Source: an uncultured Candidatus Saccharibacteria bacterium (GTDB lineage: Bacteria > Patescibacteriota > Minisyncoccia > UBA9983). Taken from it: DNA of 64,000 nucleotides. Under the pieces are notes generated by a model, which had not been told where the DNA came from, ran no database searches, and saw only the letters and a list, made by a program, of their open reading frames with translations. A program made the translations under genes and the position numbers. This document shows positions 35,652 to 44,770 of this stretch, in pieces. Numbering within the stretch: position 1 is the stretch's first letter; each line of letters starts with the position of its first letter. The DNA lies in NCBI GenBank assembly GCA_964372755.1, contig CAYJQX010000004.1, forward strand, positions 10,766 through 74,765. Reading direction: 5' to 3'.

Positions 35652-36716
35652 ATGTCCGTAATTATTTTCCTTATTGTTTTGGCTGTCTTGGTTTTAGCCC
35701 ACGAGTTGGGGCATTTTCTTGTGGCGAGGAGAGAGGGAGTAAGAGTGGAAGAATTTGGTTTTGGTTTTCCACCAAGAATTTTTTCCAAAAAGAAGGGGGA
35801 GACAATCTATAGTTTGAACGCCATTCCTTTTGGCGGTTTTGTGAAAATGAAAGGAGAAGACGGAGACGAAGAACATCTTCGTGATCCTAAAAGTTTTTCG
35901 GCTAAATCTTTCAGAGCCAGAGCCTTGATTGTGGTGGCGGGAGTAGTTTTTAACCTCATTTTGGCGTGGATGATTATCTCCGTTAATCTTTTTATTGGTA
36001 TGCCTACCCATCCGTCTTTAATTTCGGAGGAGGATTTAAAAACAGCCACTAGAAAAATCATCGTTGTAAACGTTGTCAAAGAATCACCCGCAGAGAAAAT
36101 GGGTCTAAAAATCGGAGATGAAATAATTGGCTATTCAAGCATTGAGGAATTTCAGAAATTTGTCCGTCTTCATTTAGGAGAGGATATAAAAATTAATTAC
36201 AACAGAAATAAGGAAAAATTTGGCACTTTAGTTCACGCTCGAGAAAATCCTCCTCAAAATGAAGGAGCTTTGGGGATTGCCATGAATGAAGAGATCTCTC
36301 TTCATTACTTATGGTATAAAGCTCCGATAAAAGCTTTAGAAATTACGGCCTCTTTCACATGGCTTACCACAAAAGGAGTCTTTTCTTTCTTTGGAGGCAT
36401 TTTAAGGGGGAATGGACAATTCAACGAAGTAATTGGTCCGGTTGGCATTGTTAGCGCCACTGGTTCGGCAGTCAGCCTTGGCTTTTCTTATCTGTTGGCT
36501 TTTACCGCCCTGCTTTCAATTAACTTGGCTGTTTTGAACATTCTTCCTTTTCCTGCTTTGGATGGAGGAAGATTATTGCTCATGACAATAGAAAAAATAA
36601 GAGGAAAGAATTTTAACGCAAAAGCGGTCGGTATGGTTCACGCGATAGGTTTCAGTTTGCTGGTTTTCTTAATGCTTCTTGTCACTTACAAAGACATCAA
36701 TCGGTTTTTTCAATAA
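35652..36716 (+). CDS. rseP: RIP zinc metalloprotease RseP (site-2 protease, M50) with PDZ
   Basis: LAHELGHFLVARR is the HExxH site in TM1. A PDZ insert is present. The C-terminal motif is LNILPFPALDGG. Confidence 0.88.
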   Translation: MSVIIFLIVLAVLVLAHELGHFLVARREGVRVEEFGFGFPPRIFSKKKGETIYSLNAIPFGGFVKMKGEDGDEEHLRDPKSFSAKSFRARALIVVAGVVFNLILAWMIISVNLFIGMPTHPSLISEEDLKTATRKIIVVNVVKESPAEKMGLKIGDEIIGYSSIEEFQKFVRLHLGEDIKINYNRNKEKFGTLVHARENPPQNEGALGIAMNEEISLHYLWYKAPIKALEITASFTWLTTKGVFSFFGGILRGNGQFNEVIGPVGIVSATGSAVSLGFSYLLAFTALLSINLAVLNILPFPALDGGRLLLMTIEKIRGKNFNAKAVGMVHAIGFSLLVFLMLLVTYKDINRFFQ

Positions 36717-36762
36717 ATTTTGAATTTTTGACTTAAGTTCCAAGCCCTATTAGAATAGGGCT

Positions 36763-38022
36763 ATGCTTTTGAACTCGCTTATTCCTAAGCCTCTAAAAAA
36801 TGCCCCGAAAGGAGAGATTGCCAGAAATGCGATTCTTCTTGAGCAAGGCGGATATATAGAGAAATTAGTGGCAGGGGTTTATTCGTATTTACCACTGGGT
36901 TTGATTGTTTTAAGAAAAATAGAGGAGATTGTTCGCGGGGAGATAAAAAAAAGCGGTTCGCTTGAGATCCTCATGCCGGCTTTGCAACCAAAAGAAAATT
37001 GGGAAAAAACCGGAAGGTGGGAGAGTCTGGACGTTTTGTTTAAAATTTTAAACAAAGAGGGGGGGCAACCAGAACTGGCGCTTGGTCCTACCCATGAAGA
37101 AATAGTTACTCCTCTTGCGGGCAAAAATCAACTCTCATATAGAGATTTTCCTTTTTCATTTTTCCAAATTCAAAATAAGTTTCGCGAGGAAAAAAGAGCT
37201 AAATCCGGTATTTTGCGCGGACGAGAATTTTTAATGAAAGACCAGTATTCTTTTCATCCCGATGCTTTGAGTGCTGAAGATTTTTATAAAAAAATGCGAG
37301 GCCATTATGAAAAAATTTTTGAGATAGCCGGTATTGGAGAAAAAACCATTTATACTTATGCTTCTGGAGGTTCCTTTTCTGAATATTCACATGAGTTTCA
37401 AATGATTAATAAATTTGGAGAGGATACCATTTTCGTTTGTAAAAAATGCAAAGTCGGGGTTAACGAAGAAATAGTGAAAAATGATTCCCCAGAGTGTCCG
37501 GAATGTCATTCCACCAATCTGGAAAAAGAGTCGGCTATCGAAGTAGGAAACATTTTTCCCTTGAAAACAAAATTTTCAGAAGCTTTCAATCTTAGATATA
37601 AAACCAAAGAGGGAGAGGAAAAACTCGTGGAGATGGGTTGCTACGGAATAGGCATTAGCCGTTTAATGGGGGCGATTGTGGAAAATTGCAATGATGAAAA
37701 AGGTATTATTTGGCCGAAATCGGTAGCGCCTTTCTTGGCCCATGTCATTCCTTTGGGTTTTGAGAAATCTGAAATAATGGAAGCTTCGGAAGATTTGTAC
37801 AAAAAACTTACTCGGGCGGGTGTTGAAACTATTTATGATAATCGGGAAGGAAAAAATGCTGGAGAAAGATTTGCCGATGCGGATTTGATCGGAGCTCCTT
37901 ATCGGATTGTCATCAGTGAAAAAACCTTGAAGGAAGACAAATACGAATTGAAAAAAAGGGGAGAGGAAACAGTAGTGATGCTCACTCACAGCCAGTTATT
38001 GGAATATGTTCAAAAAACTTAA
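36763..38022 (+). CDS. proS: Prolyl-tRNA synthetase, short form without an INS editing domain and with a Cys4 insertion
   Basis: YSYLPLGLIVLRKIEEIVR, LGPTHEEIVT and FREEKRAKSGILRGREFLMKDQYSFH match ProRS motifs 1 and 2. The Cys4 cluster is CKKCKV...CPECHS. Confidence 0.9.
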   Translation: MLLNSLIPKPLKNAPKGEIARNAILLEQGGYIEKLVAGVYSYLPLGLIVLRKIEEIVRGEIKKSGSLEILMPALQPKENWEKTGRWESLDVLFKILNKEGGQPELALGPTHEEIVTPLAGKNQLSYRDFPFSFFQIQNKFREEKRAKSGILRGREFLMKDQYSFHPDALSAEDFYKKMRGHYEKIFEIAGIGEKTIYTYASGGSFSEYSHEFQMINKFGEDTIFVCKKCKVGVNEEIVKNDSPECPECHSTNLEKESAIEVGNIFPLKTKFSEAFNLRYKTKEGEEKLVEMGCYGIGISRLMGAIVENCNDEKGIIWPKSVAPFLAHVIPLGFEKSEIMEASEDLYKKLTRAGVETIYDNREGKNAGERFADADLIGAPYRIVISEKTLKEDKYELKKRGEETVVMLTHSQLLEYVQKT

Positions 38023-39058
38023 TGCATTATTCAGGAAAGATATTGGTATAGACCTTGGTACGGCAAACACCTTAGTTTATGTTCGTGGCAAAGGAATAGT
38101 TATCAATGAACCGTCTGTCGTAGCCGTTAATAAAAAGACGGGGCGTGTTGTCGCTATTGGAGTGGAGGCTCGTCGAATGCTTGGCCGTACTCCGGGCCAT
38201 ATTGAAGCGGTTAGGCCTCTAGTTGAAGGCGTTATCTCTAATTTTGAAGTTACGGAAGAGATGCTGGCCTATTTTATTCGTTTGGTTCAAAAAGAAGATT
38301 CTAGATTTTTCTCGCGATCAAGAGTGGTCATTGGAGTTCCTTCAGGGATTACCAACGTGGAAATCAGGGCGGTAAGAGACGCTACTTACAGCGCTGGAGC
38401 GAAAGATGTTCATATTATTGAAGAGCCGATGGCTTCTGCTATTGGCGCTCGTTTGCCTATAAACGATCCCGTGGGAAGCATGATTATTGATGTGGGCGCA
38501 GGGAAAACCGATATCGCCGTAATTTCATTAGGGGGCATTGTGGTATCTAAAAACCTTCGCGTGGCCGGAGATAAATTGGATCAAGATATTATAAATTATG
38601 CCAGAGATGAATTTAAAGTGCTTCTAGGAGAAAAAACAGCGGAAGACGTCAAAATTCATATTGGCTCGGTGGGAAAACCGGACAAGGGTTCCGAATCTGT
38701 GATAAGAGGCAGGGATCTTGTGAGTGGTTTACCGAGGGAAGTAACGGTGACAGAAGCTGATGTGAGGGAAGCCATCATTAAATCTGTTCGGGTAATTGTG
38801 CGTTCGGTAAAAGAAATAATAGAAGAAACTCCGCCTGAACTAATCTCTGATATCATGAGAAACGGCATTGCTTTATCCGGAGGAGGTTCAAATTTAAAAG
38901 GTTTAGGCGAAATGATCTCGGCAGAAACAAAAATGTCTGTTTATGTGGTTGAAGAACCACTGACGGCCGTGGTAAGAGGCACGGGTGTTGTCCTTGAGGA
39001 CATGGATTTCTATAAAGATATTCTAATAGCTCATGAAGACGATCTTCCCCCGAAATAA
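38006..39058 (+). CDS. mreB: Rod shape-determining protein MreB (second copy)
   Basis: IGIDLGTANTLVYVRGKGIVINEPSVVAV and IDVGAGKTDIAVISLGG are the actin-like motifs. It is followed by mreC, mreD and mrdA. Confidence 0.92.
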   Translation: MFKKLNALFRKDIGIDLGTANTLVYVRGKGIVINEPSVVAVNKKTGRVVAIGVEARRMLGRTPGHIEAVRPLVEGVISNFEVTEEMLAYFIRLVQKEDSRFFSRSRVVIGVPSGITNVEIRAVRDATYSAGAKDVHIIEEPMASAIGARLPINDPVGSMIIDVGAGKTDIAVISLGGIVVSKNLRVAGDKLDQDIINYARDEFKVLLGEKTAEDVKIHIGSVGKPDKGSESVIRGRDLVSGLPREVTVTEADVREAIIKSVRVIVRSVKEIIEETPPELISDIMRNGIALSGGGSNLKGLGEMISAETKMSVYVVEEPLTAVVRGTGVVLEDMDFYKDILIAHEDDLPPK

Positions 39059-39848
39059 AAGTTTCTTTGGTGACAAAAGAAAGCAAAAGTTTTTTGTGAG
39101 TATTATTTTCTTAATAATGCTCTATTTGACTTTTTTCCAGAGGGGCGATTCTTTTAAATTTTTAAGAAATTTCGGAATAACTCTTGCTAAACCTGTTTTT
39201 GAGAGCAGTAATTTCCTCCGCGATTATTTTTCTTCTTTGGGAGCTTATTTTAAGTCCAAAAATTCATTGCAAGAAGAAATTAACAGTGAAAGATTAAAAA
39301 TAGAAGAACTTAAATTAAAGCTTGAAGATTATGAAAAAATTTTTAAGCAAAGGGAGGAGTTGTTAAATATTTTTGGCCGACTGGAGAAACCGAGTGATTA
39401 TATCTTAGGAGGCGTACTCTCTGCTCCTCCTCGTTCGCCATATGATATTCTTATTTTGGATGCTGGAGAAAAGGAAGGAATCGTTGAAGGAATGGAAGTT
39501 TTCTCCAGCGAGCGTTCGATAATTGGCAAAATAAAAGACGTTTTTCCCGACTCTAGCATCGTGAAGTTATTATCTTTTCCTGGAGAATCTCTGGATGTTC
39601 ACTTTATACAATCAAATATTTTAGCTGTTGCAACTGGTCTGGGAGGAGGTAATTTTAGCGTTAAAGTGCCGAGTTCTTCAAAAATTGAAGAAGGTGAACT
39701 AATAGAAACCGTAGGGATAAAATCTTTTGTTTTAGGGCGTGTGGGTAAAATTACCAAGGACTCGGCAAACCCTTTTCACTTAGTCCGGTTCAGACTTTCA
39801 GAAAATATCCAAGATTTAAGATTTATTTTGGTAAGAAAAAATCATTAG
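39033..39848 (+). CDS. mreC: Rod shape-determining protein MreC
   Basis: An N-terminal TM is followed by a coiled-coil (LQEEINSERLKIEELKLKLEDYEK) and C-terminal beta domains. The position after mreB fits. The start overlaps the mreB end by 26 nt. Confidence 0.7.
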   Translation: MKTIFPRNKSFFGDKRKQKFFVSIIFLIMLYLTFFQRGDSFKFLRNFGITLAKPVFESSNFLRDYFSSLGAYFKSKNSLQEEINSERLKIEELKLKLEDYEKIFKQREELLNIFGRLEKPSDYILGGVLSAPPRSPYDILILDAGEKEGIVEGMEVFSSERSIIGKIKDVFPDSSIVKLLSFPGESLDVHFIQSNILAVATGLGGGNFSVKVPSSSKIEEGELIETVGIKSFVLGRVGKITKDSANPFHLVRFRLSENIQDLRFILVRKNH

Positions 39849-39850
39849 AA

Positions 39851-40111
39851 ATGAAACGTATTTTTTTAAACATTTTTATCTTTTTCTCTTTATTTTTTCT
39901 TCCTTGGTATCTAAGCGTAACCCTTGTTTTTCTTGCTATAATTTTGCGGGAAAATTATCTTGAATCTATTTTCTGGGGTCTATTGATAGATTCTGTTTAC
40001 GCCGTTTCCAGTCCCGCAATGATTTCCGGACGTTTTGGTTTCTGGACGGTTTTGTTCTTTGGCCTTCTTATTATAAGAAGCGATTTAAGAGAAAGAATTT
40101 TTATCAGATGA
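39851..40111 (+). CDS. mreD: Rod shape-determining protein MreD-like small membrane protein
   Basis: An 86-aa polytopic membrane protein between mreC and mrdA. Confidence 0.5.
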   Translation: MKRIFLNIFIFFSLFFLPWYLSVTLVFLAIILRENYLESIFWGLLIDSVYAVSSPAMISGRFGFWTVLFFGLLIIRSDLRERIFIR

Positions 40112-41787
40112 AAGAAAAGAATTCTTTTATTTTTCCAGACGAGATTTTTTTGGATTCTAAAAATTCACCGTCTTTTAATGTTGAACAATTTGAGGGGCAA
40201 ATAGAAAAACCGATAAAAAGAGGAATTTTTATCGGAGCGTCGGTGATTTTTATTCTAATACTTTTTATTTTTAGCGTCAGACTTTTTAATCTGCAAATTG
40301 TACGCGGAGAATATTTTAGGGAAAGGAGTGAAAAAAATAGTTTGCGAGCAGAGATTATTTTTCCAGATAGAGGGGTTGTTTACGACCGATTCGGCATTCC
40401 GCTTGTATGGAATGATGACACGAAAAGAGTTTACACCGAACGCAACGGATTCTCTCACATTTTGGGCTACATAGGATTGCCAAACGAAAAGGAAATCACT
40501 CGTCCCGACATTGTCTCTCCCGAGATGAAGATAGGAAAAAATGGCATAGAACAATCTTATAGCAGTATTTTAAGCGGTAGTCCGGGAACCAAGCTCACGG
40601 AAAGGGATTCTCTGGGGGGTGTTGTTTCAGAAAGCTTTTCCAATGAAGCTAAGCATGGGAAAAAGATTGGTTTAACCATTGACGCGGAGCTTCAATCAGA
40701 AGTCTACCGTGCCATAAAGTCTGTTGTGGACGAGAGAGGATTTACCGGAGGAGCCGGAATTATTATGGATGTGAAAAACGGCGAGCTTCTTTCTTTGGTT
40801 TCTGTGCCAGAATATGATTCCCAAGTTATGTCTTTGGGACAACCTGCCGATAAAATAAAATCCCTCCTTGAGGATAAGAGAAAAGTTTTTTTAAATAGAG
40901 CCATTTCGGGTATCTATGAACCTGGTTCAACCATCAAACCTCTTGTTGCTGTCGGAGCTTTAAATGAAAAAATCATTGCTCCAGAGAAAGGAATTTTTAG
41001 TTCTGGCAGTATTTCTATACCCAATCCTTTCAGGCCCGGCGAAAAAACCGTTTTCAAAGATTGGAAAGCTCATGGCTGGGTGGACATAAAGCATGCGCTG
41101 GCTGTTTCTTCAAATGTTTATTTTTACGAAGTGGGCGGTGGATTTGAAGAGCAGGCGGGTTTGGGAATAAAAAAAATAAAAGATTACGCAACCCTTTTTG
41201 GTTTTAATGAAGAAACAGGGGTTGATATTCCGGGCGAATCGGTGGGGGTTATACCAAGTCCGGAGGAAAAAGCAAAATCAGAACCAAATGATCCCATTTG
41301 GAGAATAGGAGACACATATCATACCTCTATCGGACAGGGTCTTTTTAGGACAACTCCCATAAGAATGGCGGTTTATGCATCAGCAATTGCCAACTACGGC
41401 AAGATATTAAAACCCCATGTTTTCTTATCAGAAGAAGACAAAAAAAACCCTGACGAAAAATATTTTGTAAGAGACGTGGAAATTCCAAAAAATATCTTCA
41501 ATACCATCCACGATGGAATGAGATTGGCTGTCTTGGAAGGAACAGCCAAAGCTTTGGATTTGCCGGGAGTGGAAATTGCCGCTAAAACAGGAACGGCTCA
41601 ACTTGGAGTTGCAAAGGCGAGTGTCAACTCATGGATAATCGGCTTTTTCCCTTATAAAGAACCGAAATATGCTTTTACGATTGTTCTTGAGAAAGGCAGT
41701 TCAAGTAACTTAGTGGGTGCGCTTTATGCCTCTTCGCAAATTATGAATTGGATGACAATTTACAGACCGCAATATTTGAGACCATAG
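40108..41787 (+). CDS. mrdA: Penicillin-binding protein 2 (elongasome transpeptidase)
   Basis: An N-terminal TM plus dimerisation domain is present. GSTIKP is the SxxK motif, SSN the SxN motif and KTGTA the KTG motif. Confidence 0.88.
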   Translation: MKEKNSFIFPDEIFLDSKNSPSFNVEQFEGQIEKPIKRGIFIGASVIFILILFIFSVRLFNLQIVRGEYFRERSEKNSLRAEIIFPDRGVVYDRFGIPLVWNDDTKRVYTERNGFSHILGYIGLPNEKEITRPDIVSPEMKIGKNGIEQSYSSILSGSPGTKLTERDSLGGVVSESFSNEAKHGKKIGLTIDAELQSEVYRAIKSVVDERGFTGGAGIIMDVKNGELLSLVSVPEYDSQVMSLGQPADKIKSLLEDKRKVFLNRAISGIYEPGSTIKPLVAVGALNEKIIAPEKGIFSSGSISIPNPFRPGEKTVFKDWKAHGWVDIKHALAVSSNVYFYEVGGGFEEQAGLGIKKIKDYATLFGFNEETGVDIPGESVGVIPSPEEKAKSEPNDPIWRIGDTYHTSIGQGLFRTTPIRMAVYASAIANYGKILKPHVFLSEEDKKNPDEKYFVRDVEIPKNIFNTIHDGMRLAVLEGTAKALDLPGVEIAAKTGTAQLGVAKASVNSWIIGFFPYKEPKYAFTIVLEKGSSSNLVGALYASSQIMNWMTIYRPQYLRP

Positions 41788-41788
41788 G

Positions 41789-42295
41789 TTGCCATCTTAT
41801 GTTTTTAAGCCTATAATTAAATCTATTATGCTAGAACCAGTTGAATATTTAAGCGAGGAAAGATTGGCCGAAATAAAGGCGGAATTACAAAAACTAAAAA
41901 CAGAAGACATTGCCGAAGTGGCCGAGAGGGTGGCTCACGCTAGAAGTTTGGGAGATTTAAGAGAAAATGCGGAATATCATAAAGCCAAAGACGATCAAGC
42001 GTGGCTTTTTAGCCGTATTTCTGATCTGGAAGGAATTCTAAAAAGAGCTTCTGTTGTAAAAAAAGGCAACACAGATGTTGTTTCAATGGGTAGTAGAATT
42101 GAGCTATTAAAAAGCGGAGCGGAAGAAAAAATTGTTTATGTTATTGTGAGCCAAGCCGAAGCCAATATAGAAGAAGGTAAACTCTCAAATACTTCGCCGC
42201 TCGGCGCGGTTCTTATCGGGAAAAGAGAAGGCGAAAATGTAACACTGGAAACTTCCAAAGGAAAAAATGTTTATAAAATAGTTTCAATAACTTAG
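41789..42295 (+). CDS. greA: Transcription elongation factor GreA
   Basis: An N-terminal coiled coil is followed by an FKBP-like C-domain (LGDLRENAEYHKAKDDQ). Confidence 0.9.
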   Translation: MPSYVFKPIIKSIMLEPVEYLSEERLAEIKAELQKLKTEDIAEVAERVAHARSLGDLRENAEYHKAKDDQAWLFSRISDLEGILKRASVVKKGNTDVVSMGSRIELLKSGAEEKIVYVIVSQAEANIEEGKLSNTSPLGAVLIGKREGENVTLETSKGKNVYKIVSIT

Positions 42296-42412
42296 GGTCA
42301 TGCGAACCTACGAATGCGCGCGAATGACGCGAATTAAGAAAGAAGGGATAGGAGGCAATTTTTGTCATCCGTAATATTCGCATACATTCACGCATTCGCA
42401 TTATACTTTTAA
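42296..42412. repeat. Hairpin-forming intergenic repeat, a diverged member of the family also found at 47690 and 61968
   Basis: It shares the cgaatg(a/c)cgc(g/t)aat core and an inverted-repeat structure (cgaatgcgcgcgaatgacgcgaatta ... taatattcgcatacattcacgcattcgcatta). Confidence 0.45.
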
Positions 42413-42414
42413 AT

Positions 42415-43884
42415 ATGTCCACATTTGATGAAATTAGAGAAGAAAGAATAAAAAAATTAAATGCTCTTAAAGAACATGGGCTTGATGCTTATCCGGCCAG
42501 AGTAGGAAAAATTTCTTCCATAAAAGAAATAGAGTCTTCTTTTATGGCACTGGTGGAATCAGAAAAAGAGATAAGCGTTGTTGGCCGTATCATGGCTTTG
42601 CGCGCCCATGGCGGGTCTATTTTTTTTGATATTTTTGACGGCTCGTCAAATGAGGCTTTCCAAGCTTATTTAAAGAAAGACGCGATAGAAGAAGAGACTT
42701 TTTCTTTTTTTGAAAAGTTTGTTGATATTGGTGACTTTATTTTTTTGACTGGGAAAGTTTTTCTTACGAAAAAAAATGAAAAAACTATTTTGGTTTCCAA
42801 ATGGGTTATGGTGGCAAAAAGTTTGAGACCTCTTCCAGAAAAATGGCATGGCCTGCAAGATGTGGAAGAGCGCTACCGCAAAAGATATCTGGACATCTTG
42901 TTAAATAAAGAAGTGAGAGAGAGCGTATATAAAAAATCAATTTTCTGGAATGCTTTTCGTAGCTATCTTTTGGAAAAAGGCTTTGTGGAAGTGGAAACTC
43001 CAATTTTGGAGAATATAACAGGCGGAGCCGACGCTAGGCCTTTTATTACCCACCACAACGCCCTTGACATAGATGTTTATCTCCGTATTTCCGCGGGAGA
43101 GCTTTGGCAGAAAAAATTAATGGTCGCGGGCGTTCCTAAAACCTTTGAAATAGGACGCATATTTAGAAACGAGGGTATTTCTCCGGAACATCTTCAGGAC
43201 TATACTCAACTGGAATTTTATGAATCCTACAAAGATTATGAAGAGGGTATGAAAATGGTGAAGGAACTCTATTGTGAAGTGGCGCAAAAAACTTTTGGCA
43301 CCCTGCGTTTTTCTATTAATGGCTTCGATATTGACCTGAATAATGATTGGCAAACATACGATTATGTTTCCTTACTGAAAGAAAAATACGGACTCAATGT
43401 CTTAGAGGCTTCGAGCGAAGAAATTAGAGAAACGGTTAGAAAGGAAGGTATCAAGCACGAAGAAAAAGAGATAAACAAAGAACGAGGCACCGACTTGCTC
43501 TGGAAAGCGATACGAAAAACCATTGCCGGACCGGGTTTCCTTATTAATGTGCCTGTTTATATGGAGCCTTTGGCAAAAAAATCAAATAAAGATCCAAGAG
43601 TAGTGGAAAGATTTCAAGTCATTTTAGCTGGAAGCGAAATGGGTAAAGGTTTTAGCGAATTAAACGATCCTCTTGATCAAGCGGAAAGATTTGCCCACCA
43701 AGACGCGCTTAGAGAGTCAGGAGATGACGAGGCGCAGATGAATAATCCAGATTTTGTGGAAGCTATGGAGTACGGCATGCCACCAAATTTTGGTTTTGGT
43801 GTCTCAGAACGCTTGTTTAGTTTTCTATCTGGTAAATCAGTGAGGGAAACCCAAATTTTCCCGCTCTTGAGGCCCAAAAATTAA
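42415..43884 (+). CDS. lysS: Lysyl-tRNA synthetase (class II)
   Basis: An OB-fold N-domain is present. Class II motifs are GRIFRNEGISPEHLQDYTQLEFY and GFGVSERL. Confidence 0.95.
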   Translation: MSTFDEIREERIKKLNALKEHGLDAYPARVGKISSIKEIESSFMALVESEKEISVVGRIMALRAHGGSIFFDIFDGSSNEAFQAYLKKDAIEEETFSFFEKFVDIGDFIFLTGKVFLTKKNEKTILVSKWVMVAKSLRPLPEKWHGLQDVEERYRKRYLDILLNKEVRESVYKKSIFWNAFRSYLLEKGFVEVETPILENITGGADARPFITHHNALDIDVYLRISAGELWQKKLMVAGVPKTFEIGRIFRNEGISPEHLQDYTQLEFYESYKDYEEGMKMVKELYCEVAQKTFGTLRFSINGFDIDLNNDWQTYDYVSLLKEKYGLNVLEASSEEIRETVRKEGIKHEEKEINKERGTDLLWKAIRKTIAGPGFLINVPVYMEPLAKKSNKDPRVVERFQVILAGSEMGKGFSELNDPLDQAERFAHQDALRESGDDEAQMNNPDFVEAMEYGMPPNFGFGVSERLFSFLSGKSVRETQIFPLLRPKN

Positions 43885-43914
43885 GCCGTTTTCTTATTTT
43901 TAAATTTTAATCAT

Positions 43915-43945
43915 TATCCCCATTTTGGGGGTTTTTATTTTATCC
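43915..43945 (+). terminator. Rho-independent terminator after lysS
   Basis: The stem cccca/tgggg with loop ttt is followed by gtttttatttt. Confidence 0.55.
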
Positions 43946-43966
43946 ACAGAGATTTTAGGTCTTTAT

Positions 43967-44013
43967 TGGGTCTGGGTGGTGTATAGTAGTAAGTATGTGG
44001 GGAAAAGTGGGGA
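43967..44013 (+). promoter_or_regulatory. Direct GTGGG(G) repeats upstream of mraZ, a candidate MraZ operator
   Basis: TGGG repeats lie at 43967-43976 (tgggtctgggtg). GTGGGG sits at 43997 and again at 44008, 11 nt apart. MraZ proteins bind GTGGG direct repeats with 10-bp spacing (from E. coli and B. subtilis studies). Confidence 0.4.
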
Positions 44014-44119
44014 AATAGAATAAATCCTATTTTGTCACCCTCCTTCGCTCAAGAGAGCTTCGGCGGGGTGCTCAAAAATTATGGTTCGACAAGGCTCACC
44101 ACAAGTAATTTTCTAACCT

Positions 44120-44554
44120 ATGTTTATCGGCGAATACAGACATAATTTAGACAACAAAAACCGTCTTGCCTTGCCCGCGAAATTCAGAAAAGATTTGGGT
44201 AAAAAGGTGGCGGTTACAAGAGGGCTTGATTCCTGCTTGTTTGTTTATCCTTGGAGAGAATGGGAAAAGGTGGCGGAAAAATTAGGAGAGCTCCCGACCG
44301 GTCAGAGTGATTCTAGAGATTTTGTGAGATTAATGTTGTCTGGAGCGGTGGAGGCGGAGATTGACAGCGCGGGGCGTATTCTTGTGCCGGATTATTTAAA
44401 AGAATTTGGAGGCCTGAAAGAGACGGTGGTTGTTGCCGGCTTATACAAAAGAATAGAGCTTTGGGAAGAAGGTCGTTGGAATACTTATAAGTCAAAAGTA
44501 GAGAAACAAACCGATTCGCTAGCAGAAAAACTTGGACAAGTCGGAGGCTTCTAA
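44120..44554 (+). CDS. mraZ: Transcriptional regulator MraZ
   Basis: The tandem SpoVT/AbrB-like repeats carry the DNKNRLALPAKFR motif. Confidence 0.92.
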   Translation: MFIGEYRHNLDNKNRLALPAKFRKDLGKKVAVTRGLDSCLFVYPWREWEKVAEKLGELPTGQSDSRDFVRLMLSGAVEAEIDSAGRILVPDYLKEFGGLKETVVVAGLYKRIELWEEGRWNTYKSKVEKQTDSLAEKLGQVGGF

Positions 44555-44589
44555 CCAAGACGGGAAACTTGCGAAACGAACGCAAAAAA

Positions 44590-44745
44590 AGAAATAAATC
44601 ATAAATCCGAATATCGAAATCCGAAACAATGATTAAATTTTTCCTCGACAAAGCCTCGGAATGAATAAAATTTAGAAATAATTAGGATTTACTTGTTTCG
44701 TTCGCCAACTGGCGAATTCGTGCTTCGGATTTAAGTTAATTGTTT
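44590..44745. repeat. About 150-nt TIR-bearing intergenic repeat (copy 1 of 3; nearly identical copy at 53715-53870)
   Basis: aaatccgaaacaatgattaaatttttcctcgacaaagcctcggaatgaataaaatttagaaataattaggatttacttgtttcgttcgccaactggcgaattcgtgcttcggatttaagttaatt. The terminal inverted repeats are aatccgaaaca and tg(c/t)ttcggatt. Confidence 0.7.
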
Positions 44746-44770
44746 TTCAGGGGTTACACAATAAAAAAAG

